This document shows positions 53,305 through 64,000 of a stretch of 64,000 bases of DNA, piece by piece. The stretch comes from the human T2T-CHM13v2.0 reference genome, Homo sapiens. The stretch is from assembly GCF_009914755.1 (NCBI RefSeq), contig NC_060932.1, one strand, 5' to 3'. The notes beneath the pieces are model-generated. The model was given only the letters and a program-made list of their open reading frames with translations. It made no database searches and was not told the DNA's origin. The position numbers and the translations under genes are program-made. Position 1 is the stretch's first letter; each line of letters begins with the position of its first letter.

Positions 53305-54057
53305 GAATCCTCCTCCTTGAGATGTGCTTCCTGATCCCAGGCCTTTACACCAGGGGAATTCATCAAATTCATTCATCTCCTTAACAAATGTTACTGAGTT
53401 CCTAAAAATTGTCAAGCATGTGATGAGGCACTGGGGTTCTGTCAGTGAAAAAGACAAAGTTTCTGTCATACTGAAGGTCACGTTCTAATAGGGGAGACAG
53501 ACAGAAATAATACACCATATAAATAAATGGCTACAGTAAAGAACAATCGAGTGTGGGAATAGAGGGGAAGCAGGCAGGTAACTGCAGTGGACCAGAAAAA
53601 AGCAATGGTGACAAAGTCCAGAGTGGTGGCAGGTGAGACAATGGAGTGTTATCAGATTTGAGACCAGGAACTTCTTAAGAGTCCTTTTTCTTTTGCCTTT
53701 GGTCTCACTCCTTGATTTATTCCAGCTCTGCCAGATCAGATCTTGTCTTTACATGCCCCCACCCATTCTCAGATACCCTCTGTGCCTTAACAACTAATAA
53801 CCTGTTGGTTCTTTCCAGGGAATAACTTGTACTCAGCTTCTGGGGTTCCCTAGGCTTTTCCACTGGAATAAAATTTTCTCCTAGCTGAGCCCACTGTCCA
53901 ATTAAGGATCAGACAAAATTTAGAAGAAGCAAGTCACTTCTCCTTTCTGGATCTGTTTCTTCCTGTGCAAAAAGAGATGTTGCACAAGATAATCTCTGGT
54001 GCCCCTTCCAATTTAATATTTTATAATTACAGCCTAGGTTTTGAAGAATAAAAATAT

Positions 54058-54187
54058 AATAAGAGAAGAGAGAAAGAAAGAGATGAGGAGTGGGGCGGGG
54101 GAAGAAAGGGGAGGAAGAGGAGGAGGAGGAAAAGCAGGAGAAAGGGGAAGGGAGAGGGGGAAGGAAGAAAGGGAGGGAGGGAAGAAA
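54058..54187 (+). repeat. GA-rich low-complexity purine tract
   Basis: Direct reading. Confidence 0.85.
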
Positions 54188-54369
54188 CCTATTTGTAAGG
54201 CCAAGTTAAAAATTCATTGCCACAATAAATACTTCGGTGTGAGGCTGTAGAAATTGGCAAAATGAAAAAATTCTGGCATGTAAACCCACAGGTGAGTCCT
54301 AGGCTAAGAGAAGCATCTTCTACCTCCCTCACTTCCTGATCCCCATCCCATTAGCATTTCTGAAATGCC

Positions 54370-54511
54370 TGGAAAGATGCTCCCTAGCAGGGTAGAGTCA
54401 GGAACCCACTGTCTGTTCCTTTCTCATCTAATCTGAGCATTGGAAAGATGCTCCCTAGCAGGGTGGAGTCAGGAGCCTGCTGTCTGTTCCTTTCTCATTT
54501 AATCTGAGCAT
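54370..54511 (+). repeat. Tandem duplication, 2 x 71 bp
   Basis: TGGAAAGATGCTCCCTAGCAGGGT...AATCTGAGCAT twice with few mismatches. Confidence 0.95.
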
Positions 54512-56014
54512 AATCTGGTGCTTTGGGCTGTGGAGCGGATTTCTCTCTCCAGTCTGTTTCTGCCTGTCCTGTCTTGAGGTGCACTAGGCAGGGATCTCAA
54601 GTGTGTCCTTGGCCTGCAGTGGGGACTTGTGCATCTGAAGGAGCAATCAGGCAGGTGGCCTGGGGCAGCCTGCTCCATAACGATGCCCTCATTCCCAGGA
54701 GCAAGACTGAATGCCAGTTACTCAAATCCCATTCCTGGCTTTCTGCTTCAGTCATTACTAAGAGTTTTTCATATCTTCTGGTGTTCAGGAAAATATTTCT
54801 ATTTTCAGGAGAAGCAACTCTGCCTTATACTCGAAAATTAACCAGACATTCTATTATTGCTGAAATTCTTTCCTTGTATTGCATTTTATTTAGGCTTTTA
54901 AAAATCCTTTATTTATGCAGTTTGAATCAGGGGTATTTTCTGGCTTACAGGTTAGTAGAGAATTAAAAAACATTCAAAATTTCAAAGATTCCCTAAGGGA
55001 GAAGTGATCTATTCCAATATGGGCTTATATTCCAGAAAAAAAAAAAAAGCGTACTCCCAGAAAGATTTGTCTGGGAAATGATTGCAAATGAGAAAACTCA
55101 CTCAGATGTGAGAAATGATACCGCCCTGGACTTTCATGCTGGGCCCTAAGAATTATGACATGGATGTAAAAGAAGATTGCCACAAGTCGCCAGCTTGCCT
55201 GCTCCTTAAGATGCTTGAAGTCCCCAGTGAAAGCTGGGAAACATGAAATTACTTCTGAATGTGCCCACAGACAGGACAGTGTAAATTGTAATGACAGAGA
55301 AAAAGACCTGCTGCAGGCCTCCCTCACGCGATCCCAAGTGAGTTTTACAGTCGTGTAGTAGGATAGAGTGAGCCTCATTCTAAGGCTGACGAAGCTGAGG
55401 CTCAGTAACCCCAGTTTGATCAACTTGAGTCAGCAAGCTCAAAACTGGTGAAAGCCAGATTTTCTTATTTTTTTTTCTACCCAGGCCTTCTACAACAGGT
55501 CTCTACAACTAGTGTCTTTTATGACCCAGTGCTGCTTTCTGATTGGGAACATACCAAGTTCAAGGTCCCCATGTGGTCCTGTATAGTATTCACAATACTA
55601 TATAGTATGCAACTGTTCTATATCTGTGCTGTTCAATACAGTACTATATATAGTATGCACAATTTCCATGCAAGGAAAACATTTAATATCTTACAATGCA
55701 CTTTCACACTTAGCATCCCACTTGACCCTTACAACAACTTCATGGGGTAAATATTTATTTCCCTGTTTATGAATAAAGAAATTGAGGCTCACGTTCTGTT
55801 AAAGCCATTGTTATGGCCTTAACCCATTCTATTATGCCTCCAAGAACACACAAAATCTGGTGGCTGTTCTGGGAGCTAACAAACTCTGCTTTAAGTCCTA
55901 ACTCTGCCATTCTCCAACTTTGTGACCTCAGGCAAAATGCAAATTTTTTCTGCATCTCAGTGTTCACATGCGATAACTAGAGGGAAAGAGTACTTGCCTC
56001 ATACGGCAGATTCT

Positions 56015-57190
56015 TCATTCATTCTACAAGCATTTATTCAGCATCTACTATGCTCTAAGTTCTGGAGATACAGTAATGAACAAAACAAAAGCCTCAGCAT
56101 TTGTGGAGTTATGTTCTACTTATGGGAGACAGAAAAGAAAATATATTGCATTTGAAGGTGATAAATACTAAGAAATATAAAACAGGGAAAGAGAATAGGG
56201 AGTATTGGAAGGAGGAGTTCAGTTCAAATCAGAATGACCAGGAAAGACTGCAATTGAGAAAGCAACATGCAGTGAAGACTTCAAAAAGGAGTGAGGGGCC
56301 AGGCGCACTGGAGGAGGATTACTCTTGTAATCCTCGCACTTTGAGAGGCCAAGGCAGGCCAAACACTTGAGCTAAGGTGTTGGAGGCCAGCCTGGGCAAC
56401 ACAGCGAAACCCCATCTCTACAAATACAAAAAAATTAGCTAGGCATGGTGGTGGGCTCCTGTAGTTCCAGCTACTCAGAAGGTGGGGATGGGAGAAACAC
56501 TTGAGTCCAGGAGGTCAAGGCTGCAGTGAGCTGAGATTGTGTCACTGCACTCCAGCTTGGGCAACAGAGTGAGACCATGTCTCAAAAAATAAAGGGAGGA
56601 GTGGGCGGTGAAAGAGCAAGCTTTGTAAGTATCTGGAAGAAGAGCTTTCTAGGCAAGAGGAAACAGCAAGTTTAGAGGCCCAGAGGCAAGACACTGGGAG
56701 GGTGGTGCCTCTGTGTTCCAGAAACAGGGAGGCCATGTGGCTGCACTGGAGTGAGCGAGGGAGAAAGAAGTAGGAGGAAGATCAGAGATGTAACTGATAG
56801 TGCGAGGATGGGACACTAATTATGCAATGCTTTATGGGACCATTACAAGGACTTAGATTGTTTTCTCTAAAAGTAATTGGGAGCCATTGGAGGCTTTTGA
56901 CGTAGGAGTGCCATGATCTGACTTCAGTTTTACCAGGATCACTGAAGCTGCTATGTTGTGTTAGACCGGAGGGATCAGGTGTGGGAGCCAGTTAGGGAGA
57001 TGTTAAATGTTCTCTAGGAAAAGAGGATGGTGGTTTGGGCTGCAATGGTAGCCATTGAGATGGAGAAATGGTAGGAATTGGGTTTTATTTTGAAATCGAG
57101 CCAACAGGGTTTGCTGATGAGTTCTATGTGAGTGGGAGAGAAGGAATGGGACTACGAGTTTCTTGGTCTGAGTAACTGCTTTTCACAAGA
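56015..57190 (-). mobile_element. L2 fragment interrupted by an Alu
   Basis: TTCATTCATTC...CATTTATT end and GGGAGCCATTGGAGGCTTTTGA...CATGATCTGACTT motifs. Confidence 0.7.
56297..56593 (+). mobile_element. AluJ
   Basis: Diverged dimeric Alu with GGTCAAGGCTGCAGTGAGC. Confidence 0.9.
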
Positions 57191-57915
57191 ATGAGAGTAT
57201 AGAAGAAGCAGCTCTGCAAGAGTGAGAAAGAACTGAACAATGAATGTATATTTTCTCCAGCTATACAGTGTCCAGCACAGAGTATGTGTTCCATAACAGG
57301 TAGATATTACTATTAATAATGTATCTGCTCACCTGGTTAAATATTTCTGCAGACCTTTGCCCTACATCCAAGCACTCTGAGAAAGCACATGGTCAGGCTG
57401 TTTTCCACCAGCAAATGGACCACAGAATCTTGGTACCATAGTGGTTTTTAAAGCCCATTGGCTACCCAAAACCCCTTTGACCCATCAAGCGTGCTCTGGA
57501 CTCAATACCTTTGCACAGGCTGATCTCCCTCTCCACCCACCCTTCCTTCCTCTCAGCTTCTCCATACAGGAAATGGACAAAGGCACAAACTGGAAGTCAG
57601 TGCAGATTCAAGCTTTGGTTTTGTTCAGAGAGTATTCCTTAATGCTCACAGAAAATCTAGCCCAGCTTCTCCTATTACAAAACTGGAAGCTGAGGACTAG
57701 AAAGATGAAGTGGCTTGCAGCTTCCCCATCAGTATGACAAGGAAACTGTATTAAATAATTCCCAAGGATTCTTCTAGCTCTCACATGCTTTCAGGTTTTC
57801 AATAAACACAAGATACAATAAAAAGCAATCAAAATAATGACCAGCTGATTTTGCTTTCCTTCATTACCCTCATCTAAGCCACCAGCAAACTCTGCTAACT
57901 CTTCCTCCAAAATAG

Positions 57916-58240
<325 letters not shown>

Positions 58241-58599
58241 CACTGTCACTCTCTTTTTATGGTCACCACCATGAGACAAACCACCACCACCTTGAAATGA
58301 ACAGCCAGAGCAGCCTCTAACTGGCTTCTTTCCCCTCCTTACCCTGGCCCTCCTACTTGCTATATGCATGTGACAGTCTGAACGATCTGTTGAGAATTTG
58401 AACCAAATGTATTTACTTCTTTTCCCAAAACCTACCAGTAACTTTCTATCATGTCTTACCTTGGCCAATCAGGCCTTACATGATCTGGCCCCCATTTTTC
58501 TCTTTGACCAGATCTTGCACCACTATCCCCTTATCTACAAGCCTCTCTGACCTTCTGCCTGTGCCTTTGATATTCCAGGCTTCCCCTCTCTTTGGCATT

Positions 58600-59178
58600 C
58601 AGGCTCCTAAGAGGGCCACCCCACCCACAGTGATTCCCACCTCTCCATATTCACATCCTTTGTGTAGGCTGGACCTAGTGCTTTGCCTCTAAAGAACAGA
58701 ATATGGCAAAGGTGATGGGATGTCACATCCACGATTAGGTTGCAAAAGACTGTAACTTCCATCTTATTGGCTCTCTCTCTCTCTCTCTCTCTCTCCTTCT
58801 CACTTTCTCACTCAGATGAAGCAAGTTTCCATGTTGTGAGCTGCCCTGTGAGAAGGTTTACTTGCTAGGAACTAAGAGTGGCCTCCAGCCAACAGCCAAC
58901 AAGGAAGTGAAGCCCTCAGTCTAACAGCTTGGGAGAAACTGAATTGTGCCATCAATCATGTGAGTGAGCTTGGAAGCTCTTCTATCCCCAGTCCAACCAT
59001 AACAGGACTACATCCCTGGCCAACACTTTAATGACAGCTTGTGAGAGACCCTGAGACAGAAGACTCAGCTAAGCCAGGCCCAGATTCCTGACCCATAGAA
59101 ACTGTGAGATAAAAAATATTGCTTTAAACCATGCAATTTTGGAGTAACATATTATACAACAATAGACAACTAAAACAC
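58600..59178 (+). mobile_element. MLT1E/F-like solo LTR
   Basis: AGAATATGGCAAAGGTGATGGGATGTCAC...CCAGATTCCTGACCCATAGAAACTGTGAGAT. Confidence 0.75.
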
Positions 59179-60319
59179 CCTCTCGGAACATTTTCTCTTC
59201 TTTTTCTCTCAGCCAGAAATTCTATTTCTACTCAGGTCTTCCAATGGTTGGCTCTATCATGCAGCCTCTCAGCCCAGATGTCCCCTTCTCAGGCCTTATT
59301 CCCTAGCTAACTCTACACTCAGCCCATTACTCTGTTTCATTATGTTTATCCACTTTTAACTGCTGGAAAGATTTTATTTATTTACTGATTTACCTGTCTT
59401 CTCTATCGTAATAAAAGCTCCTCAAGAAGAGGAACCTTCTCAGATATGTTCATGGCGGAATCTCAGCTCCTAAAATAGAGCCTGGAACAAAGCCCCCTTC
59501 AATAATTACATGTTGAATAAATAAATGAAGAAATTATGAATGAAAAGGAGTTGGGGGTGGGGGAGGAATGGAGATGCTCTTCCACATGATTTTTTTAAAG
59601 CTCTAGGACATTGGACCAGCATTTGCTCTCCTGATTTATCCCATTTGTCTGCTTGAGTACATTTAAATTTTGAAGGACCCCAGGTTGTTTGTTTCTTTCA
59701 AAGATTACCCCCTAACTTCAATTTTCCTGCTTGAGTTTTTTGCAGATCTCAGCTGAATTTCAGGGTGGCAAAAACCCACATCCTCTTCCGCTGGCTCCAC
59801 CTTTCTCTTCTCCTCTTCTGCAACCCACCGACTAGTTTCAACACATCTTTCCTTCTAAGTGAAGAGCATTTAAAAGATTGTAAAGCTTATTGAACTCTTA
59901 CAACACCATATCTTTATTTGTTAAGTACCAATGACTCAAAAATAGAGTAGTCTCTCCTGAAATTCATGTGGTTTTACAAATTACGGAGGAAGTTCTAGGC
60001 TCAGTGTGGATTGCCAAGTGGTGAAAATTTGTTATGTATCTTTTGCAAGGCTCCGTTTTCTTCCTTTCTACTGTCATTTTGTCTGTAGCTTGAAGGAATA
60101 GAGTGACTTATATCCCCATATTGTCACAGAGAATAGAGAATAAAAGATCATCCCATTTTTAAGGGCCCCTCCACCGAAAAATACCAGAGGATTTTGTGTT
60201 TGCTTCATTCTTAAATGCGGCCCATAAATGAGAACATTCATCCAAATGTCCAAATAATATTTGAAAAGGGGTTTCATTGAGAATTTCATTAGTAATTGGG
60301 GATGAAAAATAAAAACACT

Positions 60320-61035
60320 ATTACACATTCCAAAAATTGACTTAGACGTGAAAGATTAGAAATTCCAAGTATGGGCCAGAATGTGGAACAATGAAAACTG
60401 TCATACTTCTGGTCAAAGTGTAAACTGGCACAAGTATTTTAGAAAACTATTTGGTATTATCTACTGAAATTTAATATAATACTATGACCCAGCAGTTCTA
60501 GGTATATATCCTCAGAAATGTGTGCACATGTGGACCAAAAGACATGTACAGAAAAGTTTATAGCAGTATTAGTTATGATAGCCCCAATCCAGTAACAACA
60601 ATAGTTCTAGTTCAACAATAGTAGATGGATAAACAAGTTTTGGTATATTTGTACAATGGAATGCTACATAATAATGAAAACAAACTACTACTATATATAA
60701 CAGTATGGATGAATCTCAAAGATATAATGTAGAACAAAAGAAACTAGACACTTGAAAATGCCTAAGTTATGATTTGATTTATATGGAATCCAAAAAAAAA
60801 AAAAAAGACAAGCAAACTTGGCTACCTTTGGGGAGAGGGGAGGGGCTGGATATGGGGTGATATAGGCGCTCCCAGAGTGGTAGCAATGTTCTGTTTCTTT
60901 GACCTGGGTTGTGGTCAGTTTGTCATAATTTAGTGACTTGTTCACTTAAGATTTGTTCACTTTTCTGCGTATTTGCTATAGTTCAAGTAAACAGTTTAAA
61001 AATTCAAAAAAATAAAAATAAATAAAAACAAATAA
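60320..61035 (+). mobile_element. Ancient L1M(E) 3' region
   Basis: CTATGACCCAGCAGTTC...GTACAATGGAATGCTAC...ATGGATGAATCTCAAA. Confidence 0.75.
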
Positions 61036-61694
61036 ATGAAGACATACATCAGTTCAATACCAAAACATCAGTAACATGTCTGGCCAAAGGCAAGGCCTAT
61101 CAAAATGGGTAACAAAGCAAAATCTTCCCTCTGCCGTTTTCAAGATACATGCCTATAACAAAATGCACAAAATATAGTCAAAGATATTCATCATACAATA
61201 TTCATATTAGCACAAAATTCATTTAGATCTAAATGTCCAATAAAAGAGGATAGTGAAAGTACTTTACAGTGTATTTCTACAACAGAGTATGATATAGCCA
61301 GTAAAACTCGTGTTCTCAAAGACTTAAGTAAAATGCTCCTGGTATCTCGGTAAATGAGATTCATTCAAAGTGAAACATATAACCTCAGCCCTGTTTGTAT
61401 GTGCTTACACCTTCTAAAGTAATTTTTGTCTTCAGTTGCTCTGTTTTCCTTTCTCCCTTCTGTGTAGCTTCTGTCCTCCCATCCTTTTCATTGTCCTCCA
61501 AAAGAAATCTCATTCTCAGCAGCCATGATTTCACGAGACAAGATTAGGAGAATGGGTAGAGAAAGACTGGAATGCAAAGGTAGTAAAACTTTAGATAAAA
61601 TTCTTTCTTATTGGGTGTGGTTTCAGGTTCTCCTCTATTATGGAAATTCTAGATAATGAGCAAAGAAGAAAGCAAATTTAAAAGGAGACCAGAT

Positions 61695-61912
61695 ACTTAT
61701 GGACATAAAGATGGCAGCAATAGAAACTGGGGACTACTAGATGGGGGATGGAGGGAGCTAGAGGGGAAAGAGTTGAAAAACTATTGAGTACTATGCTCAG
61801 TACCTGGATGGTGGAATTAGCTGCACCCCAAATCTCAGCATCATGCAATATACCCAAGTTACAAACCTTCACATGTACCTCCTGAATCTAAAATAAAATT
61901 TGAGGAAAAAAA
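61695..61912 (+). mobile_element. L1PB/late-L1PA 3' end
   Basis: GGACATAAAGATGGC...CTCAGCATCATGCAATATACCC...GAATCTAAAATAAAA. Confidence 0.85.
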
Positions 61913-62667
61913 GAAGGCCAGAGAAACTCTTCCTTACTATATTTAAAAGAAGCTTAAAATAGGGTAAGAAAGGGTTATGGGAGACTTATAAAGAGGTGAG
62001 GATAATTTGGGGTAGGTTGGAGAATCCAGAAGCTATCATATAGATTTTGGGTATGGAAAGGTAGGAGAGTAATAGAAACAAAGGTTTAGGAAGTTTTACC
62101 ATGGGTTATGAATTACATTCCACTTAACATTATTTGAAGACCAAAGGTAAAGCCTGTATTTGTCCTAATAATTATCTATGGCTAATTGAGTAGCGATTTT
62201 CTGAGTATCCATGAACACATGAAGTCCTAGATTATATTAAGAGCATAAAGTAAGACATTGAGGTCATCAGAAAAGCTTGTCATGAAAAAATCCAGCACTG
62301 TTTATTTCTCTACAGTGGAACTAGAATTAATTTATATTTTGTTCTTTATATTTTTCTCAATTTTTTCCAAGCTTTCTTATATAAGAAAGTGCATGACTTA
62401 TATAGCCAGAAAAATGCATATATAATATATATTATTCAGAAAAAAGTTCCAAAAAACTTACTATTGTCTGTCCCTTCAATTGCTGCTGGAAGAATGTTTG
62501 ATAGCGAAGCAGAAAAAGAAAGCATGGAGAAAGGGCTCTCTCAGTATATGGGGTGGGGATGGGAGAGGAACAGCCGTGGAACCCCTCCCACCATGGCCTT
62601 GGCCTTGTTCACAGGAGAGCAGTTTGCCCTAAGTAGTTTTGTAGAAGGCATTAAAAAAATTGCATCA

Positions 62668-62983
<316 letters not shown>

Positions 62984-64000
62984 TCAATAAAACAGCAACT
63001 TGCCATAGAAATAGTTATGACAGTCTGTTTTATATATAATCAAAAGATCTGTACACAGAATTTGATGTGAATGATGTATCCACAGAGAGCCAGTAATTTA
63101 AGTGCACCCAGAGATGACTGCCTGCCCTGATTATACTCCTGCAGATGCTGCCAGGGGAGGAGCAGTGTGGTCTGGAAAAAGCATGGACTTGGGTTCTCTG
63201 AAGTTAGACAAGCCTAGATTGGAATATCAGTTTTGCCACTTACTGGCTGTGTGACTTCAGTCAAGTTATTAATTGTTTTTGTGCCTCCGCTTCTCCATCT
63301 GTAACATGGATTTAATTAAGTCCATATCACCTGGGTGCTATGAACAATAATATTGAGAAATGGGATTATATAATATACATTTAAGCACCTAGTGGAACTC
63401 TGAGAAGTAAGAGGTGCCCAATTAGCTTTATCCTTACTGCCATTCCCACTTATAGCTCCCACCCCCCACCACATCTCTTCTGCCCTGCCCCAAAGTTCTC
63501 AAAGCAAGGGGGGCTGGGTGGGGATAGGAGGGGTTGGAGGCAGGGAAGGAGTCAGGGAGGGAAACTGACTGGAAAGATTATTTTATCATAAAATAATTTT
63601 CCTGCCAAGTTCCCCACTTACTCCTGGATTTATTTTTCCTTTTGTGCATAGATAAGGGTATGTGTTAGCGTATTCCTGTCTGAATTTAGAGGCATTTCTT
63701 AAAAAGTCATCCAGCATCATATTACATTAGTTCTTAAACTCCACATACAAGGAAGCATTCCAGAGTACTCATATGTCTTGGGATGTACCTTTTATCAAAC
63801 AATCAAGAAATTATAATAAGCAACTCTGATATAATCTTTATGAAGTGCCAGGAACTTGTCTAAATTTTTTACCATACAAAGTAGGCGCCATGACAATCTT
63901 CATTTTATGCATGAGGAAATTGAGGCACAGAGAGGCTGAATAACCTGACCAAGATTATTCTTCAGGCCAATGTCAAGTCTGGATTTAAGCTCAGAGCAGA

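Noticed and set aside
54382-54470. Duplicated CTCF motif in the 71-bp repeat
   Set aside because: CTAGCAGGGT(A/G)GAG lacks the key GGC positions.

Overview
Human genomic DNA from the 8q24.21 cancer-risk gene desert upstream of MYC, recognised from sequence. It carries the MYC-335 colorectal/prostate enhancer (rs6983267 context at 2598, T allele here), the overlapping lncRNA CCAT2, the intact OCT4 retrogene POU5F1B (CDS 17275-18354, with poly(A) tail and TSD), one 135-nt minus-strand exon matching CASC8, and a two-LTR HERV-H provirus (33140-38903) nested in the inverted 5' part of an old L1. The rest is Alu, MaLR/ERVL, L2, MIR and MER repeats. POU5F1B is the only credible protein-coding ORF. 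I found no firm evidence of a new biological system. The most unusual sequence-level signals are several local templated-copy scars (an inverted duplication, a 37-bp ectopic insertion, palindromic patchworks, an interleaved double hairpin), a strong CTCF motif beside rs6983267, an LTR7up-like HERV-H, and a POU5F1B allele with E176/K182/Q238. SNP IDs, gene boundaries and repeat subfamily names are from recall and were not checked against databases. Repeat boundaries without a TSD are approximate.
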